Below are positions 34,250 to 42,957 of a stretch of 64,000 bases of DNA, one piece after another. Position 1 is the first letter of the stretch; each line of letters opens with the position of its first letter. The notes under the pieces are model-generated. The model made no database searches. It saw only the letters and a list, made by a program, of their open reading frames with translations, and was not told the DNA's origin. This DNA is from Gemmatimonadota bacterium (lineage in GTDB: Bacteria; Gemmatimonadota; Gemmatimonadetes; Gemmatimonadales; GWC2-71-9), in the NCBI GenBank assembly GCA_039584755.1, contig JBDGXD010000002.1, forward strand, positions 2,706 to 66,705, read 5' to 3'. The translations under genes were made by a program, and so were the position numbers.

Positions 34250-37200
34250 ATGTACATCGAACTCCACTGCCATTCCGCATTTTCGTTTCTTGACGGTGCC
34301 ACACCACCTGAGCAGCTGGTACTTCAAGCACACAACCTCGGTTATCCAGCCCTTGCGCTCACCGACCATAACGGTTTGTACGGCTCCATGGCTTTTGCCC
34401 AGTCAGCCACACAGATGGGCATTCAACCAATTACTGGCGCAGAAGTCACTCTGTTAGATCGCTCACATGTCACACTGTTAGCAGAAACATCTGAGGGCTA
34501 TGGTAACCTATGTCGCTTGATCACAGAGGCACATCTAGGTCGAGAAGACCGGCGTGACCCACGACTCGACTTCGCATCTTTGGAACGACTCCACGGCGGC
34601 ATTCTCATACTTTCTGGGTGTCGTGCCGGTTTACTACCGACGGTACTGCTCCGCGAGGGGTACACAGCCGCACGGAGATTGGCCGAGCGTTGTCGTCACG
34701 TTTTTGGACAGGATAGTTTTTTCATCGAGCTGCAGCGCAACTCGGTACGCGGTGATCGAGCACTCAACGCAGCGCTTTGCGATATAGCCGACACTACGGG
34801 CATTCAGGTTGTAGCTACTGGCAACGTGCATTACGACCAACCACAGCGGCATCGCCTTCACGATGCGTTAATTGCAATAAGACACCGCAGTACACTCGAT
34901 GCGTCCCACGAGGTGCGTCATTCAAACGCAGAATATTATCTGCGGTCCCCTGAGCACATGGCGACTCTATTTGCGGACCGGCCTGACGCTGTAGCAAATA
35001 CCAGGGCGATCGCTGAGCGATGTGCGTCGTTTGATCTGACGAGAGATCTGGGATACACATTTCCCGACTTCCGTGGAGCAGATCGATCGACTGCCCAACG
35101 GGCCCTTGCAGAACTCGCCGCTGTAAAGCTCGAGGAGATGTATCCACTCGACTCACCGCATCGCAGCGAAGCCGAAAGCCGGGTGAAGCAGGAGCTGAAA
35201 CTGATCGAGCAACATGGCTTGTGTGGTTTTTTCCTTGTTTATCGGGACCTGCTCGAGCTTGCCCATGAAGTTGCAACTGACGTGCGCAAAGGGTCACGTC
35301 GCATCAAAGGAAATTTGCTCCCGGGACGGGGCCGCGGTTCATCCGTTTCTTCAATCATCTGCTATTTCCTGGGTTTGTCACACATCGATCCCATTGCAAA
35401 TAATCTCTTCTTGGGACGATTTCTCAATGAGTCACTTACTTCGATTCCGGACATCGATCTCGATTTCCCCCGTGAGATCCGTGAGGAGCTGATCCGACGG
35501 GTCTATCAACGCTATGGTTCCGAACACGTCGGCCTCGTTTGTGCCTTTCCTACATACCATCTCCGCTCAGCAGTTCGCGAGCTCGGAAAAGCGCTGGATC
35601 TGCCGCAATCGGAATTGGAACAGGTCGTGCGGCTCGCGGGACACGGATCTGCCAAGAGTCTACGTGAGGAGCTGAAGAAGCTGCCCGCCTTCGCCGCCAG
35701 GGTCAATGCAACTCAATGGCGCAACCTGTGTGATTTGGCCGAGGACGTGGCGGAGTTGCCAAGACACATTTCACAGCATGTGGGAGGCATGATCATTTCG
35801 AGTCGCCCACTCGTTGAACTTGTTCCACTCGAACGTGCCGCCATGCCTGATCGCGTTATATGCCAGTGGGATAAGGATTCCTGCGATGATGCCCGTTTTG
35901 TCAAGATCGATTTTCTCGCACTCGGCATGCTTTCGCTCGTTGAAGAGTGCGTTGAACTGATAGCCCGGCGTGATGGGGAGCCCCCTGACCTGAGTCGCAT
36001 CGATTTCCACGACGCCTCGGTGTATGACCAGATCTGCACCGGTGATACTGTAGGAACTTTTCAGATCGAAAGTCGCGCCCAAATCCAGATGGTCCGACGC
36101 ACCCGGCCTCGTAGTCTCGAGGATCTCTGTGTGGAAGTCGCCATTGTCCGGCCTGGCCCAATCGTGGGTGGCGCGGTCAATCCTTTTGTTCGTCGACGCG
36201 AGGAGCAACGGCGCGCGCACTCGCGCAGCAAATCTTACCAACCACCCGTGGATCATCCACTGCTCAAAGAGGTGCTCGCGGAAACCCTAGGAGTCATTGT
36301 TTATCAAGATCAAGTGCTGCAGGTATGTCAGGCACTAGCTGGTTTCACCGCCGGACAAGCAGAAGCGCTGCGCCGGGCAATGAGTCGACGTCGCTCGCGG
36401 GAACTCATGGAAGGCTTTTGGCAGGAGTTCCGCGAGGGCGCTGCGCGACGTGGCGTAGCAGAAGACACTGCCCAGCGTGTCTTTACTCAGGTTGTGGCGT
36501 TTTCCGAGTTCGGCTTCCCTAAATCGCACGCGGCCGCATTTGGCCTTCTGGCGTACCAATCAACCTGGCTACGGCACTATTACCCCGTCCAGTACTATGC
36601 GGCACTCTATAATAATCAACCAATGGGTTTCTATTCGCTGGATGCTCTCGGGCGTGATGCGAATCGGCACGACGTAGAGATTAGGCTGCCCGACATCAAT
36701 CGTAGCGACGTTCACTGTGTGGTTGACGAGAATGCAGTACGAGTGGGATTTGCATTTCTACGCGACTGGGGCCGCGATGTTGCAGAACAAACGGTGCTCG
36801 AACGTGAAGTAAACGGACCTTACCGAAGTCTGGCCGACTTCGTGCGGCGGGCACCATCACGATTGTCCCGTGATGCAATTGAAAATCTGGCTTGGGTGGG
36901 TGGCTGCGATTGTTTTGGCCTGACCAGACGTGAGCTACTCTGGCAAGTTGGACTGTGGCTACCACCTAAGACCGCGCAGCCGGACGGTAAGCGAGTGCGG
37001 CGTCAGTTGGAGCTGCCGTTCAATCACCCATATGAAGATCTCCGGTTCACCGACGTACCGGCCGATCAACGGCTCCTGTCGGAGTACCAGATGTTGGGCT
37101 TTGCCGCGAGTGGTCACCCTTTCACGCTTCTGACTCGCAGCCTTCCACAGGGCATAGTGAGTAGTGATAGGCTCGTGCATATGGAACATGAAGCTGAGAT

Positions 37201-37534
37201 ACAAGTAGCCGGACTGGTCGTCGCACGACAGCGGCCCGTCACCGCGAAGGGTTTCACGTTCATCCTACTGGAGGATCAAGCGGGTATGATGAACGCCATT
37301 GTCAGACCAGATGTATACGAACGAGACCGTGTCACCATCCGCGGTGAACCACTAGTGTGGATTATCGGTAAGCTGGCAAAAGATGACGGCACTGTGAACG
37401 TGATTGCTGAACAAGTGCGGGCTCTGGAAGTGCGATCACAGAATGTACCCAAAATCCTATCTGCATCACGATCACCGAGTGCATTTCTCAAGGATCTACG
37501 GCGCACGGCTCCAGGTTCTAGAAACTGGGGCTAA
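34250..37534 (+). CDS. dnaE2: Error-prone DNA polymerase III alpha-like subunit DnaE2 (ImuC)
   Basis: 1094 aa. N-terminal PHP domain MYIELHCHSAFSFLDGA ... LALTDHNGLYG, then the Pol III alpha core and a C-terminal OB region. The length and the imuB neighbour are typical of DnaE2. Confidence 0.9.
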   Translation: MYIELHCHSAFSFLDGATPPEQLVLQAHNLGYPALALTDHNGLYGSMAFAQSATQMGIQPITGAEVTLLDRSHVTLLAETSEGYGNLCRLITEAHLGREDRRDPRLDFASLERLHGGILILSGCRAGLLPTVLLREGYTAARRLAERCRHVFGQDSFFIELQRNSVRGDRALNAALCDIADTTGIQVVATGNVHYDQPQRHRLHDALIAIRHRSTLDASHEVRHSNAEYYLRSPEHMATLFADRPDAVANTRAIAERCASFDLTRDLGYTFPDFRGADRSTAQRALAELAAVKLEEMYPLDSPHRSEAESRVKQELKLIEQHGLCGFFLVYRDLLELAHEVATDVRKGSRRIKGNLLPGRGRGSSVSSIICYFLGLSHIDPIANNLFLGRFLNESLTSIPDIDLDFPREIREELIRRVYQRYGSEHVGLVCAFPTYHLRSAVRELGKALDLPQSELEQVVRLAGHGSAKSLREELKKLPAFAARVNATQWRNLCDLAEDVAELPRHISQHVGGMIISSRPLVELVPLERAAMPDRVICQWDKDSCDDARFVKIDFLALGMLSLVEECVELIARRDGEPPDLSRIDFHDASVYDQICTGDTVGTFQIESRAQIQMVRRTRPRSLEDLCVEVAIVRPGPIVGGAVNPFVRRREEQRRAHSRSKSYQPPVDHPLLKEVLAETLGVIVYQDQVLQVCQALAGFTAGQAEALRRAMSRRRSRELMEGFWQEFREGAARRGVAEDTAQRVFTQVVAFSEFGFPKSHAAAFGLLAYQSTWLRHYYPVQYYAALYNNQPMGFYSLDALGRDANRHDVEIRLPDINRSDVHCVVDENAVRVGFAFLRDWGRDVAEQTVLEREVNGPYRSLADFVRRAPSRLSRDAIENLAWVGGCDCFGLTRRELLWQVGLWLPPKTAQPDGKRVRRQLELPFNHPYEDLRFTDVPADQRLLSEYQMLGFAASGHPFTLLTRSLPQGIVSSDRLVHMEHEAEIQVAGLVVARQRPVTAKGFTFILLEDQAGMMNAIVRPDVYERDRVTIRGEPLVWIIGKLAKDDGTVNVIAEQVRALEVRSQNVPKILSASRSPSAFLKDLRRTAPGSRNWG

Positions 37535-38730
37535 TCCGTAACCGACTGGCCTCGCGTCTGCAGGATCCGCTCGATCGCTTCACCAATCTTATTGTTTGGC
37601 GTCGAAGCTCCGGCAGAAACGCCAACAGCCTGCACATTCTCCAACCAGTCGATCTTCTCCACTTCATCAATCTCACCAACGGGCTTGAAGCTAATTGATC
37701 CCGAAACTGGATCGATACATGAAGCATCGGCGATATGGTAGGTCGTGCGTTTTTCTGAACATATCTTTGCCAAGTGATTAGTGTTGCTCGAGTTGTATCC
37801 CCCGATCACAAGCATGACATCCAACGGTTGCTCGATCAGCTCCAGAACAGCGTCCTGCCGTTCCTGGGTTGCAGAACAGATGGTATCGAATGAGCGAAAG
37901 TGCTCGGACAAGTCCGCCTTGCCAAACCGTCGTTCCATGGCCGCTGCAACGCGATCGGCGATCGCCAGCGACTCGGATGCCAGCATTGTAGTCTGGTTGG
38001 CTATTCCAATGTGCTCGAGATCGTGCTGGAAGTCGAAGCCTTCAGACACTTTCTCGCGAAACGAGGCCTCGAGCACAGTAGCATCTCCACCATGCTCGAT
38101 GAAGTTGCACACGATTTCGGCTTCTGCCATGTCTCGTACGATCAAATACCTGCCGTTGGCGAACTTCCGTACCTGACTTGCCGTCGCCTTAGTCTCCTCA
38201 TGGAGATACTTGCCGTGGACCACGGCCGTGAATCCATCTCGCGCGTATTGTTCTACTCGTTTCCACACGTTGAGCACCGACCCACACGTAGTGTCAACGA
38301 GTACGCAACCGAGTTCGCGAAGGTGTTGGAAATCACGCAAGGTTACTCCAAATGCCGGAATGATGACCACATCCTCAGCCGTGACAGGAGAGTAGTCGAA
38401 TTCGCCAGCGGCATCGGGACGAAGGATGGTGATCCCCATGCTTTCCAGTTTGGCATTGACGTGCGGGTTATGAATGATCTCGCCAACGAGGAAGACCCGC
38501 TTGTCCGGAAACTTGGTCTCTGTTTCGTAGGCATATTCCACTGCCCTATCGACGCCGTAGCAGAACCCGAACTCCTTCGCAAGCTTGACGGTGATGTCGC
38601 CCACTAACAGAGAGTTACCTGACAGACGTATGCGATCGATTAGCTGGCTGTGATAGTCGGCGGCGAGATTTCCAGCGATCTCGCGCTTCAGGCCGAAACC
38701 CTTACGAAAGTAGGTCTGATTCATCAGCAA
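37531..38730 (-). CDS. ispH: 4-hydroxy-3-methylbut-2-enyl diphosphate reductase (long form)
   Basis: FGFCYGVDRAV ..., HNPHV, and conserved Cys/His/Glu positions of LytB/IspH. At 399 aa it resembles the long cyanobacterial/plant-type form. Its stop overlaps the dnaE2 stop (convergent). Confidence 0.9.
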   Translation of the reverse strand: MLMNQTYFRKGFGLKREIAGNLAADYHSQLIDRIRLSGNSLLVGDITVKLAKEFGFCYGVDRAVEYAYETETKFPDKRVFLVGEIIHNPHVNAKLESMGITILRPDAAGEFDYSPVTAEDVVIIPAFGVTLRDFQHLRELGCVLVDTTCGSVLNVWKRVEQYARDGFTAVVHGKYLHEETKATASQVRKFANGRYLIVRDMAEAEIVCNFIEHGGDATVLEASFREKVSEGFDFQHDLEHIGIANQTTMLASESLAIADRVAAAMERRFGKADLSEHFRSFDTICSATQERQDAVLELIEQPLDVMLVIGGYNSSNTNHLAKICSEKRTTYHIADASCIDPVSGSISFKPVGEIDEVEKIDWLENVQAVGVSAGASTPNNKIGEAIERILQTRGQSVTD

Positions 38731-39389
38731 CTAGTCCGATCGGCTGGTAGAGTCCGCGCCGACCGGTCCCGCGGCGCCGGCGGTGGCTCAGGTTCTAGTC
38801 TGAGGCCCCGACAGTAGTCAGCAGAGAGCTCAGCTATCTTGACGTCCCGGAAAGTACCGACGTACCGTGTCAGCACTTCGCTCTGTACTTCCTTTATGGT
38901 CGACGCGAACCGTCCGGAAATCACCTCTCCGAGTGAAAGAACCTCAAGCGTTCCCTCTATCGCCTGGAAGCCAAATGCTTGTCTCTCTTCGAATACCTGC
39001 ACCCCAACGAGTGCGATGCGTTCATCGATCGTCACGGAGTCAGACTGAACGATGGGATAGACACCTGTGGGTTCGCCATCTGGATAATGCAGCACGATTG
39101 CAGATCCTGAGGTCTCGTCTTCCGCATACAATTCCATCACAAAGGCGCCTTCACACGATCCCACGTCTGCATCCCACTCATGATCTATCACGTAATCCCC
39201 GGAGCTGACGACTGTGAGGTTACCTCGCGCTGCGTTCGGGTAGTCGGGCATCGGGGGGAGTTCCTCTAACGTCAATCTGGCCTTGGCCGGTTCATCTTCA
39301 TTGGGAACTTCGGCCCCAGAGTCAATCTCGGCATCGAAGCTGCAAGCTGTCACTACACCAACGAGTAGAACAATCATCCGTGCTCTCAT
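38724..39389 (-). CDS. Hypothetical lipoprotein
   Basis: The preferred start gives MRARMIVLLVGVVTAC (signal peptide plus lipobox-like VTAC). The ORF-track start at 39527 adds 46 non-signal residues. There is no recognisable domain. Confidence 0.5.
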   Translation of the reverse strand: MRARMIVLLVGVVTACSFDAEIDSGAEVPNEDEPAKARLTLEELPPMPDYPNAARGNLTVVSSGDYVIDHEWDADVGSCEGAFVMELYAEDETSGSAIVLHYPDGEPTGVYPIVQSDSVTIDERIALVGVQVFEERQAFGFQAIEGTLEVLSLGEVISGRFASTIKEVQSEVLTRYVGTFRDVKIAELSADYCRGLRLEPEPPPAPRDRSARTLPADRTSC

Positions 39390-39570
39390 GAGTCCCTGCC
39401 AACCTCTCGAAACAGTTGCGCCTCCGCAATTGCGAAAACCGGGAACACAATCACTTGAAGATAACGCCCGCACTGCCAACATCGAGCCAACGTAGGTCCT
39501 CGTCCAGTGTGAACTTGCCGGGCTCATGCCGCAAACTAGGCGGGCAGCACCCAGCAGGAAAGTGAGCTGT

Positions 39571-41775
39571 TCAGCGAGAGGCTCTGAAGACCAGGTCGAA
39601 CCTGACGTTCTGCGCCGGACGGAACCCCTTTGACAGGTCGAAACGGATCATCCCGTTCAACAGCGACAGGCCCGCGCCACCGCCAACCAGCGGGTCGGAG
39701 GAAAACGTATCACCAATGTCGGCAAACACTACTGGTGTCCATATGGAAGACTTGCGCAAAGCGAAGTCGAGTTGCGCTGACCAAAACTGGCGGTCCGCGC
39801 GAGTGCCATAGGCGTAACCGCGGACCGTTTGGGGACCGCCCAGGCGATAGTCCATCTGCAACAGGGAGTCACCTGCAACAACGCCGGCCCGGAATGTGAG
39901 CATCCCAGTGCGTCTAATGACAACGAACGGAACTGTAGCCGAGCCCCAGAACCGTGCTGTAACTCGATCCCTGTTCCCAGTTACCTCGGCTCCGGCCTGC
40001 AGTTCAGCGAATCCGACTTGGGCCGCACGGATCAAGGTGCCACGGAGAAACACGTCCTCCACCACGGGTCGGTTAGCCGGGAAGGTCCCATCGCCGAACA
40101 GGCTCGGAACCGGGGCACTTACTTCCGTTTGCATAGACTCGTGAGACTCGACAAAGGCCCCGAACTCGACGTCTCTCAGGAAGCCCGTGTTCCACTGATA
40201 CGACAAACCGCCACCCAAAGAACGATAGTACTCGGCGTCGTCGTGGCCAGTGAAGAAAGCGTTGAGCGAGTTACCGATGCCGACGCCGTGGGTCCACGGT
40301 TCAACCTCACGAACATCCCAATAGGCTGACAAATCCAGGCGGCCTCCGGGGCCATCACGCCGCCACACAACCGAGGCTGTGGGTTTCAAATCACCGATTC
40401 CGAACCTCCCAGTCAGCAACACAGTTGTGAATGCCGGTCCCGGACGGAACTGAAAGCCCGCACCAAGCGAAAAGCCCTGGACGCGGTTGAAGCGGACGAT
40501 GTCTGAGAACCTCTCCCATGCCATCTGGAAGCGCTGCTTGCCGACCCACTGTGACGGTAGATCTTCCGAGATGCTGGCAAGTTCGGCAATCGATTCGTGT
40601 ATTCGACGCTGTTCGTCCGCGTCGAGCGCAACCTTGAACTCACCATCCCACTCGTACGACGTCAGGGAATCCGCCGGGGGCACATCCACTTCCCAACGTC
40701 CGTCACTCCAGAGGCCGGCATGGTAGTATCCGTTCCTGTAGCGTTCCTCGTGGGTAGACTCGTCTTCGCTGTATCGGTCTCCGACCTTTGCCGCAATTCT
40801 CCTGCGTGATCTGCGCTGTGTACTGTCGTCCTCGAGTGGGAGGACAAAGGTCAGGCTCGGTGAGGTATTTACCTGATAGCTACTGAACGTGGAAACCGCT
40901 CGAGCGGGAACGGTGGCGTTGACGAACCAGGGAATCACCGCCGTCATCGCCAGAAGTTGACGATATGGGAGCCAGAATCGTCTTTGGACGAGCGCGTACT
41001 CGATGTCGGCCTCGACACTGAGAAACCGATTGGCCCACTCATTCTCTTTGCGCGCGTCGGCACTGTCTTCCGGTGTCCTGCCATTGGGCTCTTCCCACAG
41101 ATATGCACCGACAAACACGACCGTCAACCGTACGACATCTCCGGTCTCCCGATCGATCCACAGGTCGCCCGCGACCAGAGATGCACCCAGTTCCTTGGGC
41201 TCCACTCTCATCTTGACAGCACGCACTTCGCGGCCTGGCACACTCAAGGCAACGGAGTCCGTTATGGCAAATCGATAGTGACTTGTTGCGCCGGCAGCCA
41301 AGGGATGAAGCGCTGCTCGGTCCGGCACCCCCATCAACCTGATGCTATCTCCCAGCGAACGGGGTATGAACCACGGTCGATCAAACCAGACCTCTTGCCT
41401 GAGTTCACCCCTCACATCCTCGTCGAGCTCCTCATCGAGTTCCGGACTGATTCCCACCATCATCCCCAGAATCGGTGCCGCCGATCTTGCTCCCTGGATG
41501 CGTACTTTGAGGTCGTTGGGAGACCGCCAGGCGACTCGAGCCATTGTCTCGTGAGCAACAAGCGCGGTCTGTCTGGCAAAGCGGCTTCGGCCCGCCGTGA
41601 CGTCCATGCGGGTGTGGACCGTAGCTTGGTAATCACGAACCAGGGAATCCTGCCGGATGTGACGCACTCGAGCGAGGGCATACAGCGCCGCTGTGGTGCC
41701 GTCGCTGAATGTGGCAGTATCTCCCTGCTGGGCTTGGGGGAACAGAAAAAGAGCAGCTAGGAAGCTTGCGACCAT
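39571..41775 (-). CDS. Outer-membrane beta-barrel protein, Omp85/surface-antigen-like (hypothetical)
   Basis: 734 aa with an N-terminal signal-like MVASFLAALFLFPQAQQ. The C-terminal third shows an alternating beta-strand pattern rich in G and aromatics (... GGGAGLSLLNGMIRFDLSKGF ... VRFDLVFRASR). Confidence 0.6.
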   Translation of the reverse strand: MVASFLAALFLFPQAQQGDTATFSDGTTAALYALARVRHIRQDSLVRDYQATVHTRMDVTAGRSRFARQTALVAHETMARVAWRSPNDLKVRIQGARSAAPILGMMVGISPELDEELDEDVRGELRQEVWFDRPWFIPRSLGDSIRLMGVPDRAALHPLAAGATSHYRFAITDSVALSVPGREVRAVKMRVEPKELGASLVAGDLWIDRETGDVVRLTVVFVGAYLWEEPNGRTPEDSADARKENEWANRFLSVEADIEYALVQRRFWLPYRQLLAMTAVIPWFVNATVPARAVSTFSSYQVNTSPSLTFVLPLEDDSTQRRSRRRIAAKVGDRYSEDESTHEERYRNGYYHAGLWSDGRWEVDVPPADSLTSYEWDGEFKVALDADEQRRIHESIAELASISEDLPSQWVGKQRFQMAWERFSDIVRFNRVQGFSLGAGFQFRPGPAFTTVLLTGRFGIGDLKPTASVVWRRDGPGGRLDLSAYWDVREVEPWTHGVGIGNSLNAFFTGHDDAEYYRSLGGGLSYQWNTGFLRDVEFGAFVESHESMQTEVSAPVPSLFGDGTFPANRPVVEDVFLRGTLIRAAQVGFAELQAGAEVTGNRDRVTARFWGSATVPFVVIRRTGMLTFRAGVVAGDSLLQMDYRLGGPQTVRGYAYGTRADRQFWSAQLDFALRKSSIWTPVVFADIGDTFSSDPLVGGGAGLSLLNGMIRFDLSKGFRPAQNVRFDLVFRASR

Positions 41776-42191
41776 CTCCCGCGACCGTCACGGTGAAGGC
41801 CGTACTCCTTCAAGCGACGCCACAGCGTGGTGCGTGAGATCCCCAGTCGGCGGGCGCTCTCCGCCAATCTCCAACCGGTACCCTGGAGCGTAACCAGAAT
41901 CGCCTGCCGTTCGCGCTCTGCGAGTGTCCGTTCGCCCGACCGCCCCGGCAAGTAGACCGCCTCACCCACCTTGAGTCCGCCGGCTCTCAACGGTGCGATT
42001 CTTCCACCCCGCCTCGCCAGCCTGGGCAGCAGAGCGGCCGCATCCAGCGTAACGTCCTTGCCGAAACTGCGCAGTATCTCCGCGGCCGGATCGTTGGCGA
42101 ACACAACCTCGCCGTGCAGATCGAAGACCACGACACCCTCGCTGAAGGAGTCGAGCACCGCTCGGGCAAATGGGGAAAACGCTGACGACAT
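41757..42191 (-). CDS. PAS-fragment plus Fis-type HTH (HTH_8) DNA-binding protein
   Basis: 144 aa. The N-terminus is PAS-like (LDSFSEGVVVFDLHGEVVFANDPAAEIL). The C-terminus ERERQAILVTLQGTGWRLAESARRLGISRTTLWRRLKEYGL is typical of NtrC/Fis HTH. There is no AAA+ domain. Confidence 0.7.
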   Translation of the reverse strand: MSSAFSPFARAVLDSFSEGVVVFDLHGEVVFANDPAAEILRSFGKDVTLDAAALLPRLARRGGRIAPLRAGGLKVGEAVYLPGRSGERTLAERERQAILVTLQGTGWRLAESARRLGISRTTLWRRLKEYGLHRDGRGRWSQAS

Positions 42192-42267
42192 ACTCTTATT
42201 AGGACTCGTTGGCTTGGCAAAATTCTGTACGCTGTTGACTTGCCGAAGGTTTCAAATCGAGCCGTTC

Positions 42268-42312
42268 TTGGCACGGTGCCGTGATATCTCTATATTTGAC
42301 TGAGTGGTCAGA
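42268..42312 (+). promoter_or_regulatory. Sigma70-like promoter (TTGGCA-N17-TATATT) with overlapping palindromic operator TTTGACTGAGTGGTCAGA
   Basis: -35 TTGGCA at 42268-42273, a 17-nt spacer, -10 TATATT at 42291-42296, and an inverted repeat TGAC-N6-GTCA at 42297-42310. It lies 60 nt upstream of the TetR gene. Confidence 0.55.
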
Positions 42313-42371
42313 TAGGACAGTTTCGTGGCAGCGGCCACCGTTAACCGGTCAACCAGTCAAAGGAGGGGCGC

Positions 42372-42953
42372 GTGTCGAACACGCGAGGAAAAGCTAGAGA
42401 GACAATCCTTGAGAGTGCCGAGGCCTTGGTGAAGGAACATGGAGCGGCAACTGTCACGGTCGAAGCCGTGGCCAAGGCCGCTGGCACTGCAAAGGGCCTA
42501 ATCCATTATCATTTCAAGACTAAGCAAGGTCTACTGAGCGCCGTCACAGATCGCCTCACCGAGTCCAGAACCAAGAATTGGGCTGATGCGCTCAAACCAA
42601 GTGCACAGATATCCCCAGCCGAGCGGTCCTGGCAGCTACTGACCAATGAGTCAGCCACAGGTGTGACGCTTGCGTGGCAAACACTACTCTGTTTGGAGGC
42701 AGAGTCTTCTGACCACCGAGCCAAGGCACACGTTAGTGAGTTCAGCAGCTCGCTGGGCGCGGCGTTAGCGCGGCTGTTCAAGGAGGATATGGGGCTGACT
42801 CCGACCGTGCCGGTCGGGGAGATTGGCTGGTTAATGACGGCTGTAATAGACGGTGTGGGATTGCAGTTGTTGTCTGGCGCCGGTGGTGAGGAATTGCAGG
42901 GGGCTTACGCTGCTTCCTGGCTGGGTATGCTGTCGCTCACGACACCTGCATGA
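42372..42953 (+). CDS. TetR-family transcriptional regulator
   Basis: N-terminal HTH ILESAEALVKEHGAATVTVEAVAKAAGTAKGLIHYHFKTKQGLL. Confidence 0.85.
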   Translation: MSNTRGKARETILESAEALVKEHGAATVTVEAVAKAAGTAKGLIHYHFKTKQGLLSAVTDRLTESRTKNWADALKPSAQISPAERSWQLLTNESATGVTLAWQTLLCLEAESSDHRAKAHVSEFSSSLGAALARLFKEDMGLTPTVPVGEIGWLMTAVIDGVGLQLLSGAGGEELQGAYAASWLGMLSLTTPA

Positions 42954-42957
42954 GGGC

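Noticed and set aside
40957-41760. 267-aa plus-strand ORF antisense to the outer-membrane protein gene.
   Set aside because: No motifs. The minus frame has a signal peptide and beta-barrel periodicity.
42268-42285. TGGCACGGTGCC, and similar TGGCA(C) strings at 45468 and 60918, considered as possible sigma54 -24/-12 promoters.
   Set aside because: No TTGC(W) element lies at the required 4-5 nt spacing after TGGCAC. The first instance is better explained as the -35 region of a sigma70 promoter.
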